Below, one piece after another: positions 13,601-28,600 of a stretch of DNA of 64,000 nt. The stretch's first letter is position 1; every line of letters starts with the position of its first letter. Origin of the DNA: Okamejei kenojei (Eukaryota); assembly GCA_035221665.1 (NCBI GenBank), contig CM069162.1, positions 17,918,001 through 17,982,000 of the forward strand. Direction: 5' to 3'. The notes below the pieces were generated by a model that was given only the letters and a program-made list of their open reading frames with translations, was not told the DNA's origin and ran no database searches. The position numbers and the translations under genes were made by a program.

Positions 13601-16600
13601 GATACTTGTCTTAAAAACACAGCAAAACAGTTTTAGTTTAGTTTAAGATAGACACAAAATGCTGGAGTAACTCAACGGGTCAGGCAGCACCTCTGGAGAA
13701 AAGGAATAGTTGACGTTTTGGGTCGAGACCATTCTTCAGACTGAGACGGAGACAGAGTTTAGTTTAGCTTATTATTGTCACATGTACTGAGGTACAGTAA
13801 AAAGCTTTTTGTACTTTCACTAATTAGCAAGACATTTTACAATTACAAGAACATTACTTGAAAAGGTATTGGTGACTTATTTAACATTGAAGATTAAATG
13901 TAACTAAAAACCTGAAACATCCTGTCTGTTTACCAGTAATAAATAGAAGTTAAATATGCAAAGCAGGATGTTAAGAATCCTGGGCCATTGTGAGAAGGTT
14001 AAGAACTACAACAAGATTATACTGGACCTCTGCCCCCATTGTGAATTTCTGCCCAAATCTCCTCACAGCTGAATATTTGAGGACCAAATGCAAAGCTTCC
14101 CAGACTCCAGGAATGCTCAGAGGCTGCAAATTGAGGAAGCTCTTCCTGCAAAACATTCCTGACACCTTTGCTAGCTGGAAAAACGACAAACACCAGCTTT
14201 GCCAGCTGCAAAGGTTCATACACTTTGGGCAGGTTCATACACTTAGAATGACACAGAAAGAGGCTATTTATCCACCAAATCCATGTTAGCTTCCAAGCCG
14301 TTAAATACAGAGGGACTAAATAACAGCGATCAATCAACCAAACAGCTGAATAATAAAATATTTTTTTGAAACGGCTGTCATCTCCCCTCTAATTTGAAGT
14401 ACGGCACGGTGGCGCAGCGGTAGAGTTGCTGCCTTGCAGCGCTGAAGATCTGAGTTTGATCCCGACTACAGGCGCTGTCTGTACTTAGTTACACGCTCCC
14501 CCCGTGGGTTTTCTCTGAGATCTTCAGTTTCCTCCAACACTCCAAAGACATCCACATTTGTAGGTTAATTGGCTTGGTATAAATGTAAATTGTCCCTTGT
14601 TTGTGTAGGATAGTGTTCATGTGCAGGGATTGCTGGTCGGTGCGAACTCGCTGATCCTTCTACCAATTATGCTAAATCTACGCAACTTGGTTTTTACCCT
14701 TCTGGTTGGAGAAATAGGTTTGTCTGCACCTCTGATAATTTAAAACATCCCAATTAAGTCTCCCCTGCGCTCCTCTGTCCCAAAGCAAGCAACTCAAAGT
14801 TTATCATATCTCTTTCCAAATCCCTCGGAGGGGAGACGAGGAAAAGATATTCTGGTCAGAGGGTGGCAGAGATCTGGAATTCATCCTAAAAGTATGGCTG
14901 CAGCAGAAAACGTTATCACTTTTAGAAAATACTTAAGATGTTCCTATGATCTACTGTGAACCTGATGCTAGAAAATGGCAATTACAGTAGGTTGGGTATC
15001 GTTAAATAGAGACACACTGATGAAACACTGTGTGTTTCTGTGTCATGTTTTCTATGAGTCTATCCTCCTGCAGTCTAATGCTTTGCTACTCGACTGTGTA
15101 TCCAGTATTTCTAGCTGCAATTTTTATTTTATCTACCTACTACATTTGTCTAAATCAATATACAAAAAGCAAGGTATTGCCTTTCATTCATAAAAACATC
15201 CATCACCCTTTTGCTTTCTGTCACTGAGCCAACTTTGAATACAAGCTGGTATTTAACATTAAACTGAAATGAAATAATTAAAACAGAAACTTCCCCTTTG
15301 CCTCGGAACTTGCTGCCAAATACCCCCCACTAAAATCAATGGGGTTTCAGATCTCATGCCAAGTTAGAATGAGCAGAGGATCCCACATAAAATGAAGCAT
15401 AAATGCACAGAATTTAACCAAGATTCAGGTCCACTGCTGAACTCTGGATGAGAAGGCCTGGATGGCTAACTGGTCAGAAAAATAAAACTGCATGAAACCC
15501 AAGGAAACAAATGATATTTTTATAACCTGAGATGTCTTTCGTTTGCGATTTATGGGATCTATTTTGAGCCTTTTGCTAATTTTGTTTAGATTAGATTAGA
15601 GATGCAGCGGGGTGGAAGATTGCAACCTTCACGTGGTCCGCCCTGTTTCGACGTGCACAAACGGAAGATCAAATAGAACAGGTTGCCCAACAACTTTAGG
15701 CTGTGCACGCCACACGAAAGAAGAAGAAAGATACAGCGTGGAAACAGGCCATTTGGCCCACCGAGTCCGTGTCGACATGGGTATGCAAATGGATCAAGTA
15801 TCAGCAGGGTAATGAACAGTGAATAAAGCTGCAGAGTATGAGTAGGATTTCAAAAGGGCTGATCAGATGGACAGAAAAGTGGGAAGTGGAATTCCATCCT
15901 GAAAACATTTTGGGAAGAACAAAGAAGTCAAGAACAAGGTGGCAATATCGCGAGAAGTGATGAAGAAACAGGCAAATGGGACAGACAGACAAGGTGGTTC
16001 AGAAAGTAATAAAGGACCTCTTTCCGTGAAAAAAATATTAATCATCATGCTGAAAATGTCACGTCCTGAGACATTAAATCCATTTCCACCACAGAGGGTC
16101 TCTGAGCATTTTCTGATTTAATAACAATTACTTTCCTTTATTACCCAATATAAGGATTAGATTATGCTGCAAAAATGCCACATAGAACTGGAGTAACACA
16201 GCAGGTCAGGGCAGCATCGATAGAGAAGAAGGAACAAGTCCCGACCGAAATACCACTTCTCCATGTTCTCCACAGATGTTGCCTGACCTGCAGAGTTACT
16301 CCAGCATTTGGTGTCTTTTTTTGTAAGTCAGCAATGGGATTTCCCTGAAGAAGGTTCCCGATCCAAAACATCACCTGTCCTTTTCATCAGGAAATGCTGA
16401 GTTACTTCAGCACTTTGTATCTATCTTCTGCAGTTCCCAGTTTCTTCGAGATTATGCTAGGACTTTGCAAAGTAATAGATACGCTATAGCCTAGTTGCTA
16501 TGTCAAGTTTTTTCTCTCGATATTTCAAGGAAGGAAGAGATTGAATGAAAGGGAATAGAGACGATTTAATGATGATAAAAAGGAACTGTAGATGCTGGAA

Positions 16601-19600
16601 AATCGAAGGTAGACAAAAATGCTGGAGAAACTCAACGGGTGAGGCAGCATCTATGGAGCAAAGGAAATAGGCAACGTTTCAGGTCGAAACCTTTCTTTAA
16701 GGATGTTTCCAGGAATGGAACATTTTTGCTTCCAGGAGAGATTGGACAATTGCTTTGTTTATTTAGAACTGAAGAAGGTGAAAGAAGATTTAACATAGGT
16801 GCTTCAAATTACAAGGGACCTATCTAAAATAGATAGCAAGGATCCAAATAGCAGGGAGATCAACAAAAAAGGACATTCATATGAATTAACGAATGGCATG
16901 ATTAGAGGGCAGAAGAAATATTTTACTTTTGAAAAAATGTTGAGGATCTGGAATGTGCTGACTGACAAGACGATTAGCAGAAGCATTCAACATTTAAGAG
17001 TACTTACAGATACAGTTGAAGAATCATAACCTGCAAGGCTTTATATCAAGATCTGTTAAATTGGTTTGGCTTGAGTTGTTCTTTGGCCACCGCAGACATC
17101 ATGAAACAACTTGTCATAGTCATAGACTCATGAGCACAGAAAAGGGCCAATCGGTCCATCACGTCCATGCCAAACCTTTTGCCAATCTACACTAATCCTA
17201 TTTGCCTATATTAGGACCATATTCTTCTATTCCATGCCTATTTAAGTCACGGTCTAAATGCCTCGGGCAGTGCATTCCAGATATCAGACACTCCATGTGG
17301 GGGGAAAGGAACTAACCCCTCAGGTTCCCTTTAATCTTCCTTCTTCATGTTAAATTATGCCCCTTGTTTTTGAGGCCCCTACCCTAGAGAAAAGAAAAAG
17401 GAATCTGGCTATCAACCCTCTCTGTGACTCTCAAATTTGTAACTCCATAAGACAATAAGACATAGGAGCAGAATCAGGCCATTCGGCCCATCAAGTCTGC
17501 TCTGCCACACGATCGTGGCTGATCTATTTTTCCTTCTCAACCCCATTCTCCTCCCTTCTCCCAATAACCTTTGACACCCTTACTAATCAAGTACCTGACG
17601 ATCTCCGCTTTAAAAAGACCCACTGACTTGGTCTCCACCGCTGTCTATGGCACTGAATTCCCCAGATTCACCACCCTGTGGGGAAAGAAATACCACCTCA
17701 TCGCCACGCTTAAGGTACATCCTTTTATTTTGAGGCTGTGCCCTCTGGTCGTAGACTCTCCCACAACAGGAAACATCCTCTCCACATCCACTCTATCTAG
17801 GCCTTTCATTATTCATAGGTTTCATTGAGACCCCCCCTCATCCTTTAAACTCCAGCAAGTGCAAGCCCAGAGCCTTCAAACGCTCCTCATTCATTAACCC
17901 AATCATCCCCGGGAACATATTTGTAAACCTTCTAGGACTCTCTCCCATTCCAGCACAATCTTACTCAGAAAACTGAGAAAACCTCCTTAGTAAACTGTTC
18001 AAAATATTCCAAATGTTGCCTAACCAGCACCGTATAAAGCCTCAGCATTACATCCTTGCTTTTATATTCTAGTCCTCTCAAAATGAATGGTAGCATTGTA
18101 ATTGCCTTCCTTGCTACCGATTCAATCTGCAAATTATTCTTTCGGGAATCCTACACCAAAACTCCCATGTCCCTTTACACCTACAATTTCTGAATCCTCT
18201 CCACATTTAGAAAACAGTCTGCGCCTTTATTCCTTCTGAGTGCGTGACTATACTCGTTGCTACACTGTATTGCATTTGCCACTTCTTTGTGCACTCTCCC
18301 AATCTGACCAAGTCCTTCTGCAGACTCCCTGATTCATCCTGTTGAATCTCCTCTGCACTTTCTCCAGAGCAATCACAACCTCCCGATAGTGTGGTGACAG
18401 AACTGCAAAAAAAGCTCCAAGTGCGGCCTAACAACTGTTCTGTAAAGTTGCAACATAGCATCTGGACTTTTACATTCTATGCACCAACCTATGAAGGCAA
18501 GCATGTCATACACATTCTTTATCACCTTCTCCACTTTCAGGATAAGTGTTGTCACTTTCAGGGAATTATGAATTTGAACTCCAAAGTCCCGCAATTCATC
18601 TACATTTATTAGTGGCCTACCATTCACATTTTATATCCTATCCCTCCTTGACATCCCAAAATGCATCACCTCACACTTGCTGGGCCCAAATTTTACCTGC
18701 CAATGCCCCGCCAAACTTTCTATTTAATCTGTATCCTGTAGTAGTCTTAAACAACCTTCCTCATTATCTACAATACCACCAGTGTTTTTATCAAGCACAT
18801 ATTATACTGGACATTCACATTCAGGTTGTTGAATATATATCACAAATAGGAAATATCCCAGTATCAATCCTGCATTACACCACTGATCACAGACTATAAA
18901 TCAAAGAAACATTTTTCCACCACTATCCACTACTTCCCGTTATCAAACCAATTCAGGATCCAATTAACAGCTCAACTTGTATCCCTTTGTGCCTCAAACT
19001 TCTGGATCAGTCTAACACATGGGAATTTGGCAAAGGCCTTATTAACTAAAATCCGTACAGCCAATATTTACCACCCCGCCTTCCTTACTACCTTTGTTAT
19101 TTTCTCAAAAAACTCAAATCTAATTAATGAGACAGGATATCCCCACACAAAGCCATGCTGGCCATCCCCACTCAGCCCATCTTTCCAGACCTAGATAAAT
19201 CTTCGAACTTTCTCCAACAATTTCCGTACTGTTGACAGAAGGCTAATGGGCTTGTGGTTACATGGATTATCATTGTTGTGCTCCTTAAATTAAGGTATGT
19301 CATAAACGTGTATGGTTCACCTTAGTATAGTCAACTTCATATAATTTGTTACACATTTTATAATTTATTGGTGGTCCATAAATGCAATAAACCGTATTAC
19401 AGATAAATTATCACAATGGCTTTACCTGGGCTAGTTCACCGATTGTAGCCAGGACACTAATGATAACTCCAGGGTTGGGATCATGATCCTTCAGTTTTAA
19501 AATCAAAGCCTGAAAGGAAACATAAACATGTCTTGAGAGTAAATATGGAGCATTTTTACGCACAAACCAATACTGTAGTGTTAGCATGAATGACAATTTC

Positions 19601-22600
19601 ATCTTTCTACACAAATAACCACTGTAAGAAACTACATATGTTCTTGCGTACCTTAAGAATAGGCTCCATATAAGGCCGGATAAGGCGAGGGGCATTGGAA
19701 ACCAGATGGCCTAACATTCGGGCACTTTGCTCTTTGTTTCGACCTACTCCACTATGTTCCAGTTCAGTTAAAATCTGTGAATTATAAAAAATAAAAAACA
19801 AAGTTAGCGTACCTTTAATTTTGGTGACTTTTTAATTTCGGACATCATCACATTTTCATTTTGGAAAGCTTCTGAGACAACTTTAGATTATAAAAACTGA
19901 AAAGAAATCTACAGTATGAAGGGTTGTTGTAAATGAGCAGCTCCAACAATCCCAAGGAGGTTCTCCCACTGTTGCACAACACAGGATAAATGATAGTTGG
20001 GTGAATAAAAACTTCATTCTCAATTAAGACTGTTAACCTTTCAGTCTCAAGGATAAAAGCAAAAGTTAAATCATTGTTTCCACACAAGGTATCGTCTGTT
20101 TATAACTGTCCATAAATTACATTTATTCCTTGTGAGATAGGATACAGGAAGAAAAGTTTTGATTACAATGGATACCAGGCCAGTATATTTGTCAGTGTTA
20201 CTTTATATTAAAATACTACCTATTAATGACGTCTTGATTTTGCAAACCTGCAAAAGGGGCCTTCCTCTTAAATCTGAATCTGCACAATTAATTTGTAAAA
20301 AAGTCACTATATGTCATGGTTACTAAATATATAGCTGAAAGCATTAAATATCTTGTTACAGTCATATAAAAGATGAATGCACATTATGACATCCTGAAGT
20401 AAATTACCAAATATTTTCAACCTTTCAGACTTGGTTCTACAAACAGCTTTAACTTCATGTAGAATGTGAAAGGCAATATGAATTTTGTCTGGATATCTCT
20501 TCAATCTGTAAATTATCAAGAGCATAAATTGGGTAAAATAAAAATATTATTGAACGGTAAAAATAGGCACTGCATGAGAAGGTTATAATCTCGTTCCAAA
20601 AATTGGCATGGAAAAAGTAGCTGCCATACAGCTGTCAACGCTTCCTCCTGCATGCCAACAACTTTTCGTAAATGCAGAAGCACAAAAGATATCACATTCA
20701 ATACAGTTGTGAGGGCCTGATACGGATGTGCTCCAATTCTTCTTGGACTGCAGCAGGGAAAGGTGAAGCCCCAGTGCCTTCCCATGTTGATGCAGGGCCC
20801 ATGTACCCTTCCTGGCATGATCAGTGAGAAAACAACCCAGTCAATCTCCATCAGTTTAGAATGCACAAGAAAGGCTACAAGGTGAAAACATGGGTTTCAC
20901 TTCATGTATTTTTAGATTGGTCTGATATGTTTAAACAATACTCTGATTTTTTTTTTAAATATAGTAAAACTCTGATATTCCATTCTCTTACTGTTCTAGC
21001 ATCTAGCTCATTCAGCAAACCAATCTGCAGATGCTAGACAGCAGCAAAAAGTGATGGAAGCAGTGAGTAGGTCAGGCACCATACCTGAAAAGTGAAACAG
21101 AGCTAACATTTCATGTTGAAAACCCATTCACCTTCCCAGTTCCGGTGAGGAATATTGGCCAGAAAATATTTTTCTCCCCATTGATGCTGCCTGCCCTGTT
21201 GAGTGTTTCCAGTATTTTCTGTTGTTATTCTCTTAAAAGTTATTTTCTTAAAAATAAGTTCCTGCGTGCAAGGTTATTGCAGTAGATTGTTGATGTTATC
21301 ATAGCATGCACAATTATTTCTGCTTCATATCATTGTGTCATGGTGCATTTCCATTTTGGAAGCAGAAATTGGTCGATTATACGTTTTAGTAACTAACCCC
21401 AGGCCTCTCTTTCTGGTTACCCCATCTGTTGTTTAACTATTTAAAAAGCGCTTCATCGATGTAATTTAATTTAACTCATAATAGCAAGTCTATATTCCAT
21501 AAGGATTGTTAGTGTTATTCTTTAAAAAAAAAGAATCAATTTCCAATACATCCAGTTGCTCTGTTAGGCATCTAGATTTTACAACTCAAAACTTGGGATG
21601 AAAAGTCTGTAGGGCAAGATTCCAAGCATCTAACTGCAGAATGATATTGGTGGAAAATGAGAAAACAAAACAGCACGGTGGCGCAGCGATAGAGTAGCTG
21701 CCTTACCGCACCAGAGACCCGGGATCGATCCTGACTACGGGTGCTGTACGGAGTTTATATGTTCTCCACCTGACCATGTGGGTTTTCTCCGGGTTTCTCC
21801 CACATTCCAGAGACATACAGGTTTGTAGGGTTAACTGGCTTCAGTAAAAAAAAATATATATAAAATTGTCCCTAGTGTGTAGGATAGTGTAATGCTGCTA
21901 GTATACGTGGTGATCGATAGTCAGCATGAAATCGGTAGGCCGAAGGGCCAGTTTCCATGCTGTATCTCTAAACTAAACTAAAACCAATACCAGTATAAAA
22001 CAAGACCAAAACTGTCAAAGGTTTTTGACATCTGTTCTGAATTTCCACTGAAAGGGTCACCAGACAATTTAGCAAATGATTTCATTTCCTCCTGGGGCAA
22101 GACTAAGAGAGACCTTGACTGTGTAATTCAGCTTGCAACAGTGTCTTACAGTTGTATTTCAATTTATTATAAGATTTCCAGTCTCCAAGCTGGAGACTTT
22201 AAAGGAAATGGCATGTTCCAACTTATTTCCTTTCACAGACTAAATACCTCCACTTTGCTTTTTGCTCTCTGCTGTATCACCTCCTGCATTTGACAAGGAG
22301 GCCCCAATATTTAGAGGGTGCACAAGAGGGAGAAGCCAGCCATTGCTGAGACTGAATTCTACAGTAGGAAGTAATTGCAATTTTTTTCCTTTCCGTTTAC
22401 CACCGAATTACCAGCTAAACTGACTGGCTGGAGATTGTACCCAGGGATCCTTAGGGTCCATGCACAGCAGAGATTAAAGGGCTGGCGAGTCTGCTTGTGA
22501 TGGGGAAGATGGGTGTATCCATTTCCATTGTGGGAGAAGAGAGGCCACGAATAACACATTGCTTCCTTTTGAGAGACTGAGGGGACGGATCAAGCTGGGT

Positions 22601-25600
22601 TCGGCATTCCAGAGATGAGGAAAAACTCTCAGCCAAAGGTCTAGGCACAGAGGTAAAAATGCATGAACAGTTTAGCATCATATTGGGCTTGAATTTTATT
22701 AAGAGGGGGTTTAAGGGAATGAAGCAAGGCTTCTGCTGAGAGTTAGTCATACGGTGTGGAAACAACCCCTTCGACCCAACTTGCCCATGCCGACCAACTG
22801 CACTAGTCCAACCGGCCCGAGTTTTGCCCACATCCCTCTAAATCTATTCTATCCATGCACCTGTCTAAATGTTGCTACAATGCTGCAATAGTACCTGCTT
22901 CAAAAACCTTCACCAGCAGCTCGTTCCTCAGTCATTCAGGATTAGAGAGGAAAATGAGAAGGGATTATGACAAAGTGGCGAGGGATAGAACCAAGGGTAG
23001 AAAGTAGCCAGAGGATAGTAAAAGGGAAGAAAGAGCTATAGAGGTATAATAATTTAAGAGCGGTTGACGTATGCAATCTTTTATTCCATTTGCATTTCTT
23101 CCCCTTTAATGTTGACAATGAACATTCGCCACAGAACACAAATTGGGCAGCTGCTTTACAGCACTCAAGGCAAGGATGCCCTGAGTTTCCTGTGATGCTG
23201 TAATTAATTATTCTCCCATTTTCAGCTTGACCCCTCTATGAAGTCTCTTCGGCTAATTCAGCGATACCGAATGTTAGCTTGAGAAATTCCACCTCATCAT
23301 CAGTCAATTTGATGAAATCGACCAATTAACAAAACAGTGCCAGCACAACAACCTGGCTCTCAATATGAGTAAAATCAATAAACTGATTGTGGACTTTGTA
23401 AGAGAAAGAATGAGGACCCACAATCCTGTTTATATCAACGGGACGATAGTGGAGAGGGACAAAAACTTCAAATTCCTGGGCGTGCATATGTCCGAAGATC
23501 TTTCCTGGACCCAGCACACTGATGCAATTATAAATAAAGCACATCAAGGCCTCTACTTCCTGAGAATATTACGGAAATTCATTATGTCAGAGAGGATTCG
23601 CTTGAACTTCTACAGGTGTACAGTAGAGAGCACATTGACTGGTTGCATCACAGACTGGCTCGACAGCTTGAACTCCATCACCAGCTGTGACCCCACCATC
23701 GAAGGGATTCACAATTCCTAACTCCATCAAAAAGGCTGCCAGCATCATCAGAGACACTCACCACCCTGGCCACACACTCATTTCACTCCTGCCATCTGGG
23801 AGAAGGTACAGGAGCCTGAAAACTGTAACATTGAGGTTCAATAACAGCATCTTCCCTACAGCCATCAGGCTATTAAACATTAGAACGTCAAATAAGCTCT
23901 GAACGACAAGAGACTATTGTTGTTATTATTGCACTACAGAGTGTGTGTGTGTGTGTGCGTGCGTGTGGTTTTTCTCTCGTTTATTCCCCCACTCAACTTT
24001 ACCTGCACAAGCTCCCCTTTAAAGGCAAGTCACTGCCCCATTAAAAGAAACCCACTGTCCTATTAGTTCTCCCTCTCATTCTTTGATTTGACCATTCCAC
24101 TGCCAGACTGCCAGTCCTTCCTCTTCCCGTTCCTATTCTCTTGTGCTGCAGCAAGTAAGAATTTCATTATTCTATTTGGGACATATGACAATATAACACT
24201 CCTGAAATCTTATTGAGGCAAATCGAGATTAAATATTGGATACAATTACCGCAGAAAACCATCCTCTTCTCTTTGTGTCAGAACTGGCCAGTCCTGATGA
24301 AAGAACACGCACCTCAATCATTGTCTGCTTTGTTCTTTCCACACATGCTGCCTAATCTGCTGTGCATTTTCAGCATTCCCTTTTGTTTCAGATTGCTACT
24401 CTCCATCTTCTGCTGGCACCAAGAATAATTATGTTGCAAAGGCAACCTTGCTCAGCACCTCATGTCATATTTTGTATATTAGTTCATGTATTTCCATGTG
24501 ACACAAATGAAGGCAGGTCATGCCCACAGTTGCGCCTTTCCTCCTCTGCCTTCCTGCTATTTTAAACATGCCCTCTCTCCCCTCCCATCAAATGTAAGTT
24601 CTCTTGAAACTAAGGCTATCCTCCGCATTGTTTACCAAGTTCCAAATTTTGTGACACGCACAAATCTGGAACATTTTACCCTGTTTATTGATGTCTAGGA
24701 CAATTAATATGCATCGAAAATAGCAGTGATCCAAGAACCGACCTCCCCAAAATGCTGTTATCTAATTCTCTACAGTCTAAAAAGGCAAAAAGCCAAATTA
24801 CTATTAAATTCTGCTTTCTTCCCTTCAGTTGATTACTTATCAATTCCAACAATGACTGATTATTCCGTGGGCTTCAATCTTACTCACTAGCTTTTCATCT
24901 GACAACTCTTACATGACGTCTATCATATTATCCTCATCGACCTTCCCTCCCCCACTAAAATAAAAATGGACATATATAGGTGATGTTTCGGGTCACGTCT
25001 TTTCCCACCAAACTCTACCCGCAGAAGCTCCCCTTCAAAGGCAACTCGCTGTCCCATTAAAAGAAAACCCACTGCCCTATTCGTTCTCCCTGTCATTCTT
25101 TGATTTCACCATTCCAGTGCCAGACTGCCAGTCGTTGCTTTATTCTAGATTTCAGTTTCAGATCGGTACTTGCCCTTTTCTATTACTACAAATATATTGA
25201 TGCTATGATCACCACTATGATTTTTCACCTACACTTTGTTAACTTTGAGATATTTGGATAGGTACATGGATACGTTTCGAGAGTAATGGGCCAAACGCAA
25301 GCAGGTGAGACTGGTCTAGATCAGGCATCTTGGTTGACGTGGGCAAGTTGAGCCGAAGGGCCCATTTCCTAACGCTCTATGACTCTATAACTTGGCCCAC
25401 CTCACTCCCGAGAATCAGTTCCACAATCAGTTTGTCTCTTTCCTCATTGGGGCAGAAACACTGAGGTACAATATTATTTGTGTATTAAATGCACAACACC
25501 TTACTTTTTTCACCTAAACTAATGGACCACAACTGCAATGCTTAGTACTATCATGATATCTACAAAGGGACAACTTTCACATTCAGAGTTGCCTTGGTGT

Positions 25601-28600
25601 GAATGATTAACAACGCAAGTATAATTCAAATACATCCCAAGGTTCCTACCTGATTAAATAAGAAACTGTCTACCCATTTACAGACTGACTCCCCAACCTT
25701 GTGTCATGTCATCTGGATGGAAAATAATACTGTTATTAATCCCTCACAAGGATGAATAAATAATTCATACAATATTGAAAATTCATCTTGAAATTGCCTA
25801 CTAATAATGTACAAACTGTTCCTTCTTACTAATGCTAATAATTAGTTTTGACATGTTCTTTGTACTTGGCAGACTTCGAGTAAGACGATAATTTCTGCTT
25901 TTCTCCCAGCACACCAAATTCCACGTCCCAAAAATCCCACGAGGATATCACTGAGCAGAATCAGGACTGGGTTGCTTTCACTAGATTTTTCTCAAAATAA
26001 ACACAAAAGCCACTCACACACTCCATCTACTGGCAGAATAGATAAGTTCATGAGAAGACAATAAAATAAGCAGTAAATAGTGCGTATCTTTGCTAAATAT
26101 AGTTCCCTCATCCCACGAATATGACTAATGCATACACACAGGAACATTAATACGAGACGTCGTAGGCAAGATAAAAGACAAACAAAATGTACTTTTATGT
26201 CATCGGAGGTAGACAGAAAATGCTGAAGAAACTCAGTGGGTGAAGCAGCATCTATGGTCTTGACCCGAAACATTGCCAATTCCTTCTCTCCATAGATGCT
26301 GCCTCACCCGCTGAATTTCTCCAGCATTTTTTGTCTATCTTTGATTTTTCCAGCATCTGCAGTTCTTTCTTAAACATTTGATGTCATCGGTTTTGTTTTA
26401 CAGGACCGAGCAAGGATATCAATGTTTACTGTAAATGCGCTATTTTTGGGGTTTGCTTGTTTAGTCTAATGCAAAGCGTATAGTGTGAAATCCGTACATA
26501 CTGGCAAATAATAATATATATTTTTAAATTCTACCTGTATCAGCATTTTGCGAAGAAAAGGCATCACAAATGCAGGATTCATACTGCTCAATCTGCCAAT
26601 GGTGCAAATGGCAAGCTCGCGGATTTCAAACACTTCATCATTCAGTGCCACAAAAAGAGCTTGCAGATTCTCAGCTTGGGCTAAATGGGCATCAAAACGT
26701 TCATCCAAAGACGCCAACACGCAATACCGAATATCAGGATCTGAATAAACGGGGACATGCAAAATTCTCCATAAGTTTAAAAACATCAGAATTTAGAACC
26801 ACTAGTTTGCATTCTACTATTTGCTATTTATGTATTACAAAACAGAATCAATTTACTTTTTAATAACAGAATATCCCAATAGGCAGAACAATGGAAGACA
26901 GGTTTCTACAGTTAAATTTTATTACTTAAATGACATTATTACTTAACGTCTTGTTGAACTTTGAGAAAAATATCCTCATGCAGTTTTACTTTCTTTTACA
27001 ATAGATAAAGAAGTTATAAAAGTAGGTAAACACCGATAAATCTGCAAAACTATTTTAGTTTGAACTGTGACAAAATACTTTGCAGTGTGTTCAAAGGTGT
27101 CGACAGATAAGCTTCAGTAGTAGGTTTTATCTTGTGAAATGGGATTCCAAGAAGATTAGAGCAGACATTTCAAAGATACAAATCTAAAATGGGCAAAGAT
27201 GTAGTTTTTAGTCAACGCCTATTTAATACAAATGCTTATTTTACCAATTATGTTTTATTAGTTTGGCCAAAGCTCATGATTCATTACATCAATTACCCAT
27301 AGCTATTGCAATCTCGTTGCCAACCCGAATAGAGTGCTAAGCGTTTGACAATTTATGCTTAAAAAAAACCCCACAAGGACTGTAATTAAATGTCACAAGC
27401 TGAAGTGCTTTCATCATTTTTTTCACAGTAAACTGATAGTCTTACCCCATCTAATTCAAATTCTGAACAATTACCTGGATCTGTAATTCCTACAATGAGG
27501 AGTTTACTAAGCACATCTGCCACAACCTGAACGGCTGTCTGGCTGACAACATGGCCATGTCCACTGATAAGATGGACTGACGGAGTTAGGAGTCGTGAAC
27601 AGGTTCTGGCTGCCTCCATTCGAATCTCTTTGTGCTCACTGTTGAGGAAGTGGTCTGCGCAATGTCTGACAAACTGGGTAAGAGAATGGCCTGCATTAAC
27701 ATGAAACAAAAATAAGTCCACATTTAGGAACACAAGGCATGCTAAAAATGTAATGAGAAAATTCTGGAAAATTTAGCTAGAAAATAATGTGGACTATATA
27801 TTTTTAAAATATACATATATGTGTGTGTGGGTATTTGAATGTATTTTTAATAACTTTATATATATACCCACACACACATATATGTATATTTTAAAAATAT
27901 ATAGTCCACATTATTTTCTAGCTTAATTTTCCAGAATTTTCTCATGCAGTTTAGACTTGTTAATCATATTATATTTTACAACTGAGATTAAAAAAAAGTT
28001 CTGGAGGATAATACATTTCAACAAGTCCACAAAACTGTTTAAGTTGAACTGTGACTCCTGCTCTAATTTGGATCCATGACATAATTACAGGATTGGTGAC
28101 CACATTCATTTTAATGAGGTTTCTCCATTGGATAATGACGTTTTTTTTAAATAAAAATGCTATTGATTTGCAAACATTTGAATGTATTTTTAATAACTTT
28201 ATTCTTTTAGCTGTTATACTTTTAACTATGTAGATTAGTGTTAATAGCTTTCAGATGCCTCAAAGTATTAAACTCATTTAAAAAGAAGCCGTCTAGCTTT
28301 CACAGGAACTGAAGCTCGACCCCAGCTTCCCTTCACTTCAAAAGCTGTCATGGCAGTCGCTGGGATGGGCCTCATCAGAACGCCATCTGAAGCATAACTG
28401 AACTTCACCTAGATATGCACATTCACTAGATTGGTTCTCTGCACAGCATTCATCCATTCAGGTTGGGTAGATTTAGCACAATCCAGCCCTTAAATATTTA
28501 CAGCACTAAAGGAGGCAATTTGATCATCGCTGCAAACTAAAAAAGGAACTTCCTGGGTCAATCTCACTCCCTGCTCTTGAAACATAGCTAGTCCTCATCC

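Noticed and set aside
14403-14470. tRNA genes at SINE heads (also 21671 and 10059)
   Set aside because: A and B boxes run into SINE bodies and no complete cloverleaf is seen.
23365-23902. Nested protein-coding gene in MTOR intron 13
   Set aside because: Fragmented, frameshifted LINE reverse transcriptase C-terminus.
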